Positions 39,937 through 50,692 of a stretch of DNA of 64,000 nt are shown piece after piece; positions within the stretch are counted from its first letter, which is position 1; each line of letters opens with the position of its first letter. The DNA lies in assembly GCA_051251855.1 (NCBI GenBank), contig JBPOGI010000006.1:1-64000 (forward strand). Reading direction: 5' to 3'. The stretch comes from Roseibacillus sp. (lineage in GTDB: Bacteria > Verrucomicrobiota > Verrucomicrobiia > Verrucomicrobiales > Akkermansiaceae). The notes under the pieces were generated by a model, which did no database searches, was not told the origin of the DNA, and saw nothing but the letters and a program-made list of their open reading frames with translations. The position numbers were made by a program, and so were the translations under genes.

Positions 39937-40641
39937 TTAGTCAGCCTTAACCACGCGGTCTTTTCGGATGGGGATCGTCTTGGAGCGCATTCCTTTGCCG
40001 CTAGGGTCTGGAAAAATAAAGAGAAGGCGTCGCCCGTCAGCAGGAACAGGCCAGCGGGTGGAAATCATGCGGGACCACTTGTCATCCTTCTGGGTCTTGT
40101 ATTGGAAAATGACATCGATGAGTTCTCCGACAGGGTCATTGAACTTGAGAGTGGAGATTTCACCGGGCCGGAAGGCGGCTTGCTGGGAACCAAGCTTACC
40201 TCTCACAAGGGCGGGCGAGAGGTTGGCGATTTTTAGGCTGCCTTCGGGAAAGTCCTTGTTGGTCATGGGGAAGGCGTGACCTGAGAAGGCGATTTTGCCA
40301 TCGCGTTTGACCGAAGAAAGAATCGCGAAGGCGCGTGGTGAGTTGGGACTGCACTTGATCCGGCATAGACGAGGGTAGATATCTTCCCCCTCCGCATTCT
40401 TAGTGGGTGCGCCAAAGATACCAAAGCCACCCTGCACGTTGACGACGGGCACGGATTCGGTGGTATTTGAGCCAGGGAGTTGCAGCTCGGTAAATTTCCC
40501 GGGACCCGAACGCAGATAGATGATGGTGGGATACTCGACTGTTTGATAGCCGTAGAAGCTCACTCGTTGGATTTTACCTTCTTGTGCAGAAGCGATAGCC
40601 GAGCAGGCGAATATCAAGAGGGTCGTTAGTAAGATTCTCAT
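39937..40641 (-). CDS. Secreted hypothetical protein
   Basis: Signal peptide; paralog of the downstream gene; follows the giant pilin-like gene. Confidence 0.75.
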   Translation of the reverse strand: MRILLTTLLIFACSAIASAQEGKIQRVSFYGYQTVEYPTIIYLRSGPGKFTELQLPGSNTTESVPVVNVQGGFGIFGAPTKNAEGEDIYPRLCRIKCSPNSPRAFAILSSVKRDGKIAFSGHAFPMTNKDFPEGSLKIANLSPALVRGKLGSQQAAFRPGEISTLKFNDPVGELIDVIFQYKTQKDDKWSRMISTRWPVPADGRRLLFIFPDPSGKGMRSKTIPIRKDRVVKAD

Positions 40642-40659
40642 GGAGTGATAGGAAAGCAA

Positions 40660-43600
40660 TTAGGACGATACAACTTCCTCGGAGCCAATCCAGCGGAAAG
40701 AAACCACGCGGAAGCGGCGTCCGAAACGCTCGTTCACTTCTGAAAGGGGAGGGCTGGAGTCCCCACGAGTAGGATGATCCGCGGGCTCGTTCGAATTGGA
40801 ATCGATATACTCGGGGTAGCGTTGGACGGTGGCTTCGCACCATGCCTCGGCAGTGACCCTTCCTTGGGGGTCGGTGCTCGAACCGTAGCTACGAATACGG
40901 AATGTATCTGAGCGTGCGGTAAGTGAGGGGGCCAATGCATGGAGAAGGTCTCCTTGCGTGAGAAAGCCGGGCGTGCCTGCAAGAGAAGAACCGGTAGCGG
41001 CTTCCAAATTTTGATAATCTCCCTGTCCAGCTTCTGAGTCTTCTTCGATGGTCTTGCCATCGTCGGTGAGGACTTCAGTATTAATGCCTGCATTGTCGAT
41101 GGCAGCTTGCAAGGCTCCGGTGGTTCCTAGCTCGGAGTCCTCGGCTCTGCGATTGACGAATTCGGAGAGGGACTGGAAGGGGCCGCGCTTCTTCACTTCT
41201 TCAACAATGTTTGCAGCAAGGGTCTCGATTTGTTCGTTGGTCAATTGCCGATGGCCGGTCCAAGCTGGGCGCTCTTCCTCGCCACCAAATTCATCAAGGT
41301 TACTTCCAAGGGTTTGTTCGATTGGGGTGAGGTAACGAGAGGTAGTGGGAGATTTTGCCTCGTTGTCGATGGTTCCCAAGCCGGGCTCACTGAGGTCGGA
41401 TAGGACGGGAATACTCTCTTGGTTCATAGCAGTGAGGAAGGCTTGCCAAGCGCGAACGGAGGTGGAGTTGACGTTGAAGGCACCGTCTTGCAAAAGATAG
41501 CTCGCCGCTTCTTCATAGGGTTTATCCACCGTGGAAAAGCTGTTGGCTTCGACATCACTGGCGAGACTACGAAGTCGAGGGTTGAGGGGAGCGATCTCGC
41601 CTTTCAAGAATTGCCCAAAGTCAACGCTGGCAGGAGCTCCTGAGAAGAAGGTGCTGTCGAAAAGGGCCTGGTTGGCGAGGAAGGAATGATCCAAGTAGCC
41701 AAGGGTCTCGTCGACGACTTGGTCTGGGGCGAGAAGGGGGTGGGCAAAGGAGTTGGCGAGCACCTGAGCTTGCAGAGGCTGCTTTCCGCTGCTGTTGAGG
41801 GGAGCGTGGCGAAACTGAGCCAATGAGGTGGGAGCGGCTCTGGGAAGCGAGGTGAAGGGGGCGAACACGCGCCCGGAGTCCACTCCAGGGGAAGGTCCAC
41901 CAAATCCTTGGTGACGTTCTCCAGGAGAGAGTTCAGGGAAGCCTCCATTCAGCCAGTCTCCTTGCACGGGTTGATAGGAAAACTCGTACTGCTGCGCAGC
42001 TAGGTCCTCTAATTGGTTCCCGGTTCCTGCTGCGGCGTAGATGGCAGCTGGGTTGTTGTGGATCCATGCTTTGGAAGGGAACTTGGAGCGATACGCTTCA
42101 TCGACTAGAGACTTGAGATGCAAGGTGGCGACGAGGAAAGGTTTCTTCATCACGGTTCCGCTGATCTGTCCTGTGCGACGGTCCACGGCGGTGTGACCGG
42201 TATCGATGGGAGCAGTCGAAATATCGCGAGGCTCGATAGGAAAGGTAGGAATGTCCCTGTCTGCTTGATAGGCTTCTAGGATTTCGGTGATGCGCTCGCC
42301 GTAGTCGAGCTCGATAGCTCCAAAATCTGGGATAGCTTGTTGCTCACTACCAGCGAGAATTTGTGAGTCGGCTGCGTCGGAACCATAACGGAGGTAAAAA
42401 TCGACGGCCTGATTTCCTGCGGTGACGAACCTTCCAATTTCCGATTCAGAGGGGCGAACTGAAATTCGAATGTTGTCTGCATCTTCGACGGGAAGTCCAG
42501 CGGTTCCATGGGGAGTTCCTCGTTTGTCTTTGTACTTGGCAGAGGGCACTCCGCTATCGTCGCGGAAGAGGTTCTCAGTGGAAATGCCTCCTACCTTGAT
42601 GGCATCCCGGCGCCCAGAACCCGGAGGGTACCAACCAGGCCTCATTTGAATGGCTTTACCCTCGTTTTTCGCTAATCCGATCGCCCAAGAACTCTGGTAG
42701 TCTTGAGCAGAAAAGACTCGATGCTCTCCTGGGAGAAGTTCGAAAGAACCTTCTCCTGACTCTGGCAAAATGCGCAAAGGGTAGGCGAAGGTTTCTTCTT
42801 TGTTTGCGCTTGGAGCAATAGCCATCACAAATTCGGTATACTCGGTAGGATTGGTAATCCGGGGGTTATCGGATTCGAAAAGAAAGGTGATGGGGATTCG
42901 ATAAAGAAAAACTCGGAAGGAGCTGACCTCTAGGGGAACGTCATAGGGGTTCCAAAGGGTGATCACGGGGTCGATGATCATGAGGGCTTGGGCATCCCAG
43001 TCGGATTGGTTTTTTCCGCCATCGCGGGCCCAATACCCTGTGCTTCCATTCCTGAGACCTGAGCCTGAGGCGAAAGTGAGAGAGAAGATGAACTGGGCCT
43101 TGGAAATGACGGGCGCGAGCTTCAGGGAATTGTGGTAAGAGTCCTTATCGGTTGGATCTGGGGCTCTGCGGTCAAATCCGTTGGGCCGATTGGGCATGGT
43201 GTTAGGTTCGCGCGAACGCAGTGTGCTGACCTTAAAGTTCACTTTGGGATTCTCTGTCTCGCCTCCAAAGACATCTTCGGGGATACGATGGAACTTGTGC
43301 ATCAAGTGCCACATCGGATCTGGGCTGGGCCAAAGATAGCGATGGCGGTCTCGAGCGGCGGCCTCCATCAGTGGAGTCTCGGCATCGGAATAGACGTGAC
43401 GGTTCTCATATTCCTCAGGGAGATCTCGTTGTCCTAAGAGTTGGCTCAGGTCGGTGCGGAGTCCGCCTAGGGCGGTGTCACTGAGGACACTGGAGGCATA
43501 AGGAGCGAGGTCATGGGAAAATCGCAAAGCCTGGGGAACTCCACCCAAGGTCATGGTGTCCAGGGAGATGAGCTTGCGGCGTTCATCGGGAGTGAGGTCT

Positions 43601-44370
43601 GCCAGTGTGGACCATTCCTTAACATTACCCCACGCGATTTCGCTCTGAGAGGCGAGAACTTCGAGCTCGGAGTATTCGTTGTTTTCAGGGGCGATTCCAT
43701 TGCCGGCCGCTTTTTGACCTTCATCAAGAACAGCCCAAGCAAATTGTCCGCTGGTCTTGCCGTCCGGTTGTCGGAGGGGAACGCGGTCGGCTTTTACTAA
43801 GGTGCTATCTGTTCCCCCTTTGTTAGGTACAAGGGTCACTTGGCTGCTTTGGGCTGCACGAGTGGCAAAGCCGACTTCACTGGCTTCCAATTCGTTTTCA
43901 GTAGAAACTAACCAGCGATAGAAGCCGCCATTGGGTTGCGTGAGATTACTGTTGTCTGGGTCCTCGTTTTCCGAAGGGACGCCGCTCTTGCGTTGGCTGT
44001 AGTCGCCGATGTTTGCGGGGTCTTGTTGCCAAGCGTTCCAAGCCCCCGCGATATGCTTCATGCCTTCGCGGACAGTGCCTTGATTATCCAAAATGGCGGC
44101 GTTGGCTGAGACGCGGGTATCCGGTCCCATCGTTCTTTGTAATTCACCAATAGCGATCTGCAGCCCTAAGCGCGCATTGGCTCGAGCCTTGAGCATATCG
44201 TTGTCGCTTTGCGAACTCCGCAAGACAGTGCTCGAGAGGCCGAGGAGACCAATCGCAATCAATGCTAGAAGCACCATCATAGTGACGGTGACGATCAAGC
44301 TGAAACCCTGATAGGATTCGAAAGTTGCTGTTTTTTTTCGAGTTTGGGTTTGGGTTGCAGAGATTTTCAT
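40660..44370 (-). CDS. Verru_Chthon cassette protein A-like giant prepilin/PilX-type protein
   Basis: GFSLIVTVTMMVLL, ARANARLGLQIAIGELQ...GPD.RVSA, FNVNSTS..AW, RGPF.SL.EFVNR, RSDTFRIRSYG, FGRRF.VVSFRW. Confidence 0.8.
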   Translation of the reverse strand: MKISATQTQTRKKTATFESYQGFSLIVTVTMMVLLALIAIGLLGLSSTVLRSSQSDNDMLKARANARLGLQIAIGELQRTMGPDTRVSANAAILDNQGTVREGMKHIAGAWNAWQQDPANIGDYSQRKSGVPSENEDPDNSNLTQPNGGFYRWLVSTENELEASEVGFATRAAQSSQVTLVPNKGGTDSTLVKADRVPLRQPDGKTSGQFAWAVLDEGQKAAGNGIAPENNEYSELEVLASQSEIAWGNVKEWSTLADLTPDERRKLISLDTMTLGGVPQALRFSHDLAPYASSVLSDTALGGLRTDLSQLLGQRDLPEEYENRHVYSDAETPLMEAAARDRHRYLWPSPDPMWHLMHKFHRIPEDVFGGETENPKVNFKVSTLRSREPNTMPNRPNGFDRRAPDPTDKDSYHNSLKLAPVISKAQFIFSLTFASGSGLRNGSTGYWARDGGKNQSDWDAQALMIIDPVITLWNPYDVPLEVSSFRVFLYRIPITFLFESDNPRITNPTEYTEFVMAIAPSANKEETFAYPLRILPESGEGSFELLPGEHRVFSAQDYQSSWAIGLAKNEGKAIQMRPGWYPPGSGRRDAIKVGGISTENLFRDDSGVPSAKYKDKRGTPHGTAGLPVEDADNIRISVRPSESEIGRFVTAGNQAVDFYLRYGSDAADSQILAGSEQQAIPDFGAIELDYGERITEILEAYQADRDIPTFPIEPRDISTAPIDTGHTAVDRRTGQISGTVMKKPFLVATLHLKSLVDEAYRSKFPSKAWIHNNPAAIYAAAGTGNQLEDLAAQQYEFSYQPVQGDWLNGGFPELSPGERHQGFGGPSPGVDSGRVFAPFTSLPRAAPTSLAQFRHAPLNSSGKQPLQAQVLANSFAHPLLAPDQVVDETLGYLDHSFLANQALFDSTFFSGAPASVDFGQFLKGEIAPLNPRLRSLASDVEANSFSTVDKPYEEAASYLLQDGAFNVNSTSVRAWQAFLTAMNQESIPVLSDLSEPGLGTIDNEAKSPTTSRYLTPIEQTLGSNLDEFGGEEERPAWTGHRQLTNEQIETLAANIVEEVKKRGPFQSLSEFVNRRAEDSELGTTGALQAAIDNAGINTEVLTDDGKTIEEDSEAGQGDYQNLEAATGSSLAGTPGFLTQGDLLHALAPSLTARSDTFRIRSYGSSTDPQGRVTAEAWCEATVQRYPEYIDSNSNEPADHPTRGDSSPPLSEVNERFGRRFRVVSFRWIGSEEVVSS

Positions 44371-45013
44371 AGTGAGAATAGACCTTGAAGAGAACTGACT
44401 TCCTTACAGTAAGTGCTGTGAGGGTATGTTGTAAACACATGAATTTTGCCAAAAATGAGTGAGAAGGTGAACCGGCCTCTCTCTATTGAGACTGTAAATA
44501 ACTTTATCTAAGCGGGTTACGTGTTTTCAGGGTCAGGTGAAAATTTACGGATCTTCTTTCGAGAGGTTGAATGAAGGAGATGGCTGGTCTGGAGCAGTTT
44601 TTGGTCAACGGTAGATTTCTCTCTGATCTCCTATTCTCTAGAATCAGATCATGCACCTTAGGGCGCTTCTTCGTCCCGCATTATTAGCAATCCCATTTTT
44701 CTCAGCAGCTTCTCCGAACCCTTCTCGAACGGGCCTCTAGAGAAACGAGTGAACTTTTACCTAAAAATTCCGAGAAGACTGATCGGATGTTTTTTGCCAA
44801 CCTCAAAAAGACCTTAGCCAAAGTCAGGTGTTATGAAAGGAGTGGCGGAATCGGCATGCGAGGAAGTCACCCTTATTGCCAGAGAGGCCATCTTTTTGAT
44901 CACCAATACGGTTTTAGGGGCTCGCTATCTCTTGTTTCGCTAATTGTCTTCCGGATGACAGTGAGAAAATGCCCGACAAGAGAGTGGGCCATGATACGTA
45001 TCTCTCTATCACG

Positions 45014-46525
45014 ATGATGAAATCTATCCCAATCTTTCTGACTATTCTGGTATCGAGCAGTTCTTCCCAAGCGGCCATTGAGTTGCCGACTTTCTTTTCC
45101 GATGGCATGGTTTTGCAGCAGCAAGGACAGGCTAAAGTATGGGGGTGGCTTGAAGGAAAGGGAGAGGTGAAGGTTTCTTTTGGTGGCAAAGACCTGTCGT
45201 CGAAGACGAATGAGGAAGGTCGTTGGGAGGTGAACTTCGAAGGATTAGAGGCTTCGTCCGAAGGGCGAGAGATGACGATTACCGATGGACAGGAAAGCAA
45301 GGTCATCAAGGACGTGCTGGTGGGTGAGGTGTGGATCGCCTCAGGGCAGTCCAATATGGAGTGGACGGTTGACCGGAGCTTGAATCCAGCGGAGGAGAAG
45401 GCGGCTTCGGAAGATCCGCTATTGCGCGTTTATCTTGCTCCCAATGTGGCACAGGTGGAGCCGCAAATTGATTTCTCCGGAAAGTGGACGGCGGCCTCGC
45501 CCGCTACCACCGGGAAGATGACGGCAGTGGGTTACTTTTTTGCGCGCGATCTTCGAAAGGAACTCGGGGTGCCCGTTGGTGTCATTGAGTGCTCGTGGGG
45601 TGGCAAGCCGGTCGAATCTTTTGTGAGTGAGGAAGCGCTGCAGAAGTTGCCAGAGGCCAAAGTGGTGATTGATAAGAAAGCGCAGGCAGTGGCCAATTGG
45701 AACGAGGAGGAGTCGAAAGCGGCCTTCGAGACGCAGCTTGCGAAGTGGGAGGAGAACGGAAAGAAGGGGCGCAAACCACAGATGCGAGTGGAGCCTCTTT
45801 TGAACTCCAGCATGCACTCGACCATCTTCAACGGGATGATTGCGCCCATTGCGGGGTATGGAGCTCGAGGAGCGATTTGGTATCAGGGAGAGTCCAATGC
45901 CAACGGCGGCACTGCGAAAATTTACGAGGAGTTACTGGGTTGTTTGGTGGGCGATTGGCGCAAGCGATGGGGGACGGAGCTCTCCTTTTATTATGTGCAA
46001 TTGGCTAATTATCGTAAGGTGACTACAGAGCCGGGAGTTGAGAGCGATTGGGTGGTGGTTCAAGATGAGATGCGTCGTGCCCTTGATAGCATCAAGCGCA
46101 GTGGGATGGCGGTGGCGAATGATATTGGAGCTGCCAATGATATTCATCCTAAGAACAAGCAAGATGTCGGAAGCCGTCTCGCTCGTTGGGCGCTGGGCCA
46201 AGACTACGGTCGTGAGGATGTCGTGATGAGCGGCCCTCTTTTCCAAAAAGCGACCGAAAAGGACGGGCGCATGATTCTTTCCTTCGAACACAATGCGGGG
46301 ATGAAGTCTCGTGACGGTGGTCCGCTCAAGCGTTTTGAAATCAAAGCGGAGGACGGTGCCTGGATTTGGGCCGAGGCTCAGATTGAGGAGGGGAAGGTCA
46401 TTGTCTGGTCCGACAAGGTCGAGGACCCAGAGGCCGTTCGTTATGCGTGGGCCGAAAACCCCGAAGGAGCAAATCTCGTAAATGGAGACAACTTACCTGC
46501 GAGCTGTTTCACGACTGAGGAGTAG
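45014..46525 (+). CDS. Sialate O-acetylesterase-family (SASA) esterase
   Basis: GEVWIASGQSNME, WYQGESNA, QLANY, DIHP.NK, VRYAW..NP. Confidence 0.9.
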   Translation: MMKSIPIFLTILVSSSSSQAAIELPTFFSDGMVLQQQGQAKVWGWLEGKGEVKVSFGGKDLSSKTNEEGRWEVNFEGLEASSEGREMTITDGQESKVIKDVLVGEVWIASGQSNMEWTVDRSLNPAEEKAASEDPLLRVYLAPNVAQVEPQIDFSGKWTAASPATTGKMTAVGYFFARDLRKELGVPVGVIECSWGGKPVESFVSEEALQKLPEAKVVIDKKAQAVANWNEEESKAAFETQLAKWEENGKKGRKPQMRVEPLLNSSMHSTIFNGMIAPIAGYGARGAIWYQGESNANGGTAKIYEELLGCLVGDWRKRWGTELSFYYVQLANYRKVTTEPGVESDWVVVQDEMRRALDSIKRSGMAVANDIGAANDIHPKNKQDVGSRLARWALGQDYGREDVVMSGPLFQKATEKDGRMILSFEHNAGMKSRDGGPLKRFEIKAEDGAWIWAEAQIEEGKVIVWSDKVEDPEAVRYAWAENPEGANLVNGDNLPASCFTTEE

Positions 46526-46551
46526 TGCCGCTCAATTGTGAGCTTCGTCTT

Positions 46552-47643
46552 TTAGTTTTGAGACGCCGTCTTGTTCTCAAGAAATAGGAGAAACTCCTTT
46601 TTGAGGGTGGAGGTCAGAAGTTCTGCTGCCAATTCGCCATCCATTGTTGTGGGATGCAATCCTTCCGGAGTGAGGCCGTTGGCATCCCATTGTGATTTGA
46701 CGACACTTCGAACTTTCTCCATTCGCAACTCGTGTGCCGCAGCCTCCTCGTCAGGTCGGACCCAAAAATCGGATGGATAGAGGGCATTGAAGTAATCGTG
46801 GAGTAGGGGCTTCGCCTCTTCGAGGCGCTTGGAGACTTGCAATTCCGATGTGCGGGAGGCCTCAACAAAAGCAACGAACTCGACAAACATTTGATGCTGA
46901 AGATTGGCTAAGAGGGGATGGCTCCGCATGCTGTGGGCTTCGAGGTTGGCGGGGATATAGCCGTTGATGAAAGTCGAGATTTCGTCTGCGGATAGGTCCG
47001 TTTGAAGTTCTTTAAGGACAAGAGTTCGGTCGCCCTCGTCGTTGGGAAAGTTCTGACGCTGGAGGATGCCAGTCGCGCTTTGGACGCGGGAGGTGCAGCC
47101 ATCGGGGGTGGTAAAAATGATGAAATCCCCATCGACGACATAGGTCGTGTCTGCATGGAGTTTTCGATAGAGCCATGGCATCTGAGGCTGGTAGCTAATG
47201 CTGAGTTGGGCTGCCATCGTGTCCTTGGTCATCGACAATGCTGGAGTCCAAGTGCCCAGGGGGCGCTCTTTGCCCCCGAAAAGAACTCCTGCCACTTTGG
47301 CGAGCGGGCCTAGAATAAGAGGAGCGTCTTTTAGGTGGAGTGCATTTTGACCACTCATCACGATGCCGAGTTGAGGGGTGATGGCTTGTAGAGGAGCTGC
47401 CACGATTTTACCATCAATAGAGAACTGAGTATGGACGGAGGCCATTTGGGAAGGACCATGATAGGAGATGGCGGCGGTGACAGTCTTGCCACCAGGAGCT
47501 TTGCCTTCGTAGGCAGCGAAGTAGCTTCCGAGCTTTTGATGACGTGCGAGGAGCTCCTCAAAGACTTCTTCGGTGGAGGGCTCGGCTCCTAGTAATGAAG
47601 TGGCGAGGGAGAGCAAGAGGCTCAGGGGGGCAAGGATCTTCAT
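46552..47643 (-). CDS. Secreted hypothetical protein
   Basis: 363 aa ORF with signal peptide. Confidence 0.65.
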   Translation of the reverse strand: MKILAPLSLLLSLATSLLGAEPSTEEVFEELLARHQKLGSYFAAYEGKAPGGKTVTAAISYHGPSQMASVHTQFSIDGKIVAAPLQAITPQLGIVMSGQNALHLKDAPLILGPLAKVAGVLFGGKERPLGTWTPALSMTKDTMAAQLSISYQPQMPWLYRKLHADTTYVVDGDFIIFTTPDGCTSRVQSATGILQRQNFPNDEGDRTLVLKELQTDLSADEISTFINGYIPANLEAHSMRSHPLLANLQHQMFVEFVAFVEASRTSELQVSKRLEEAKPLLHDYFNALYPSDFWVRPDEEAAAHELRMEKVRSVVKSQWDANGLTPEGLHPTTMDGELAAELLTSTLKKEFLLFLENKTASQN

Positions 47644-47735
47644 CCCGCATTAATTAGCAGAGCGGGTAAGAATCACAAGCGAGACAGAGAAGAAGCGTGT
47701 AATCGGGGCTGCTTTCTATCAAAGAGTTGGAGGTA

Positions 47736-48326
47736 ATGAATTTTCCACTCGACTTCCGTTTTAAGATTCTCGCTTTTGCTCCTCAGGCCAACGTGACTGA
47801 TGCCACCGGCGCGCAGGTCTGTTATCTCAAGCAAAAGCTCTTTCGCTTTAAGGAAAAGGTGGAGGTTTACACCGATTCTTCGCGCAGCACTTTGGTGGCG
47901 ACCATTTCGGCAAACAAGATCCTGGATTGGTCGGCGCGCTACACCTTTCACGATGCGCAGGGGAACGAGATTGGTTCGGTGGGACGACGCGGGATGCGTT
48001 CGATTTGGAAGGCGCACTACGATGTCTTCAATCCAGGGGACGATACTCCAGACTTCGAGATTCGAGAAGAAAACCCATGGGCCAAGGTGGGTGACAGTTT
48101 CTTTGGAGAGATTCCTATCTTAGGTTTTCTCACTGGCTACTTGTTTCACCCTTCCTATCTCGCGAGTCGTACTGATGGATCGCCTGCATCTCGCTTGCTG
48201 AAGCAGCCTGCCTTCTTGGAAAGCAAGTTCGTGATCTCCAAGTTGGGCGACCTTTCAGCACAGGAGGAGCTGAACCTCCTTCTTTCTTTCCTGATGCTGA
48301 ATCTGTTGGAGCGACGCCGCGGTTAG
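47736..48326 (+). CDS. LURP-one/scramblase-like protein
   Basis: V.D..G....Y.KQK.F..KE.V.VY, IG.V.R.G..S.W...Y. Confidence 0.7.
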   Translation: MNFPLDFRFKILAFAPQANVTDATGAQVCYLKQKLFRFKEKVEVYTDSSRSTLVATISANKILDWSARYTFHDAQGNEIGSVGRRGMRSIWKAHYDVFNPGDDTPDFEIREENPWAKVGDSFFGEIPILGFLTGYLFHPSYLASRTDGSPASRLLKQPAFLESKFVISKLGDLSAQEELNLLLSFLMLNLLERRRG

Positions 48327-48351
48327 ATCGCGACGTTGCTGGAGTAGCTAG

Positions 48352-49047
48352 CTACTGCTGGCTGGGGACGATGTGAACCTCGACGCGACGGTTTTGCGCT
48401 TTGCCCGCACTGCTGCTGTTGGAAGCGATGGGTTGGGTTTCGCCATAACCACGGGTGATGAGGCGTTGGCCATTGACGCTGCGACTAGCGAGGTAGTTAG
48501 AAACGCGGAGCGCACGTCGCTCGGAGAGGTTTTGGTTATAAGAGTTGCTGCCGTCTGAGTCAGTATGCCCTTCGACGGTGACCATGGTCTTATCAAATTT
48601 ATTCAGCACAAGCGCCACAGAATTGAGTGCGCCGGTCATCTCGGAGCGAAGAGCATCTTGGCCGACATCAAAGGTGATGTCTTGGGGCATATTGAGAATG
48701 ATGTTGTTACCTTCGCGGGTAACACTCACCCCAGTGCCTTCTAGTTGGCGTCGGATGAGGGCTTCTTGTTGGTCCATATATTGACCGATACCTCCGCCTG
48801 CTAACAGTCCAGCTCCTGCTCCAATGAGGGCTCCCCGTCCTGCATCGCCGTCGCCAGTATTGTTGCCAATGATAGCTCCTAAGCCAGCACCGACGAGGGT
48901 TCCGATTCCGGCACCAGCCGCGGTTTTCGAGATTTGCTGCTGACCTGTGTAAGCGTTGGTAGTGGTGCAATTAGACAGTCCAAGGACGGAGGCTGCTGCG
49001 AGGGCAGAGACTTTTAAAAGGCGGTGGGAGGAAAATGCTTTAGTCAT
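48352..49047 (-). CDS. OmpA-family lipoprotein with glycine zipper (YiaD-like)
   Basis: Lipobox LSNC; GAGIG..GA..G zipper; VEGHTD..G...YN..LS.RRA, NRRVE. Confidence 0.92.
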   Translation of the reverse strand: MTKAFSSHRLLKVSALAAASVLGLSNCTTTNAYTGQQQISKTAAGAGIGTLVGAGLGAIIGNNTGDGDAGRGALIGAGAGLLAGGGIGQYMDQQEALIRRQLEGTGVSVTREGNNIILNMPQDITFDVGQDALRSEMTGALNSVALVLNKFDKTMVTVEGHTDSDGSNSYNQNLSERRALRVSNYLASRSVNGQRLITRGYGETQPIASNSSSAGKAQNRRVEVHIVPSQQ

Positions 49048-49183
49048 CAAGATATTCTATCGGTGGTTCATGAAACGTCAATGGGGGTCCATGTATTCAT
49101 AGGAGATTCAAAATTCAATGACCACGGGATGGCTGGGAGAATTCTCTTTTGACATAGGAACGTGAAAGGTGAGCTTGGGTGTG

Positions 49184-49708
49184 ATGAAAATTCTTTCTTT
49201 GGGAGGTTCAACCAGTTCACAATCGATCAATCGTCAGTTTGCGGCCTATTCCGCTTCGCTTGTTCTTGGAGCTCAAGTTACGGATCTCGATCTCCGCTCT
49301 TTTAACGTCCCTCTCTTTTCAGTCGATGAGGAAGAGTCCCAGGGGATTCCTCAAGCAGCGAAAGATTTTCTGATTCAGATTGATGCCCACGATGCCCTTG
49401 TGGTTTCTCTGGCGGAGCACAATGGAAGCTACACCGCCGCGTTTAAGAATCTCTATGATTGGGCGTCGCGGGAGCGCTACGAGGTCTGGGGAGGAAAACC
49501 CATGATTCTCTTGGCGACTTCTCCCGGAGGCCGAGGCGGAGCCAGCGTTTTGGCGGCGGCGGAAGCGACCTTTCCACGGATGGGTGCTGACTTGAAAGGA
49601 ACCTTCAGTTTGCCCTCTTTTGGGGAAAATTTTTCGAAAGGGAAGGGCATTTTAGAGCAGAGCCTGCGAAGTGAACTTGAGGCGGTGATGGTGTTAATGA
49701 ATTCTTAA
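49184..49708 (+). CDS. NADPH-dependent FMN reductase-family protein
   Basis: GS....SIN, AEHNGSY...FKN..DW, TSPG.RGG. Confidence 0.88.
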   Translation: MKILSLGGSTSSQSINRQFAAYSASLVLGAQVTDLDLRSFNVPLFSVDEEESQGIPQAAKDFLIQIDAHDALVVSLAEHNGSYTAAFKNLYDWASRERYEVWGGKPMILLATSPGGRGGASVLAAAEATFPRMGADLKGTFSLPSFGENFSKGKGILEQSLRSELEAVMVLMNS

Positions 49709-49867
49709 CAAATGCGTTACGGATAATGTTGAAGATGGGAAAAGGGCCGGTCTTTTAAAACGTGAAAAAAATGTCACGAAAAATGTTGCGCCTATCAAAT
49801 AGGCGGTTAGTGTTTTAGGAACGGGGCAGGTAAGTCCCGTTTGACCCAAAGAAAAATAAATAAACTG

Positions 49868-50581
49868 ATGAAAAATGTAACTGTTGTGTTTGCCCTCTGT
49901 GCTGCTGCTCTGACTTTGCCACTTCAGGCGGACACCGCCAATCTGGCTCCCTCTGCAGATGTTCAAAAGACCCTCACTCCTGATGGAGTATTGAAGGATT
50001 TGATGGCGGGCAATAAGCGTTTTGTAGCGGGCGAATTGACTGAGGCTAATGTTGAGGCGCGTATCGAGCAGACTTCAACTGGCCAGTATCCTAAGGCTTA
50101 TATTCTTTCCTGTGTTGATTCTCGTGTTCCTGTTGAGCAAGTCTTCGACCAAGGCATCGGTGATATCTTCGTTGGCCGCGTGGCGGGTAACGTCGAGGGC
50201 GTGGAGCAGTTGGGTTCCATGGAATTTGCATCGGCCGCAGCTGGCGTGAAGCTAGTTATGGTTCTCGGTCACGAGGCCTGTGGCGCGGTGAAGGGGGCTT
50301 GCGACCATGTGAAGTTGGGTAATTTGACTGAACTGTTAGCGGAGATCACTCCTTCCGTCGAGGCCGTGGAAGGCTTTGAAGACGACCAGAAGAATTCGAA
50401 GAATAAAGAGTTCGTAGCTGCTGTCGTCGAAGAAAACGTGCGCCAGACTGTTGCGGACCTGCGAGAGCGTAGCGAAGTGCTCGCTAACCTCGAGAAGGAA
50501 GGAAAAATCAAGATCGTAGGAGGTCTCTACTCTTTACACACTGGAGAGGTTTCTCTTCTTGAAGGCCTTGAGCCTAAGTAA
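49868..50581 (+). CDS. Secreted beta-class carbonic anhydrase
   Basis: Signal peptide; GN.RF, CVDSRV, RVAGN, GHEACGAV. Confidence 0.93.
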   Translation: MKNVTVVFALCAAALTLPLQADTANLAPSADVQKTLTPDGVLKDLMAGNKRFVAGELTEANVEARIEQTSTGQYPKAYILSCVDSRVPVEQVFDQGIGDIFVGRVAGNVEGVEQLGSMEFASAAAGVKLVMVLGHEACGAVKGACDHVKLGNLTELLAEITPSVEAVEGFEDDQKNSKNKEFVAAVVEENVRQTVADLRERSEVLANLEKEGKIKIVGGLYSLHTGEVSLLEGLEPK

Positions 50582-50609
50582 TCTCATTATCTGGTAGATA
50601 ATATGGTGG

Positions 50610-50638
50610 AGCCCGAGTCTTAGGACTCGGGCTTTTTT
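50610..50638 (+). terminator. Intrinsic terminator
   Basis: AGCCCGAGTC-TTAG-GACTCGGGCT-TTTTT. Confidence 0.85.
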
Positions 50639-50692
50639 GTGACGCCGTTCTAGGTTTGTGGTCATGCTCGAAAACAGGCAGAATTTTGAGAG

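Noticed and set aside
44371..45013. Long intergenic region with two CTAG sites, possible MITE or sRNA
   Set aside because: No convincing terminal inverted repeats or extended pairing were found.
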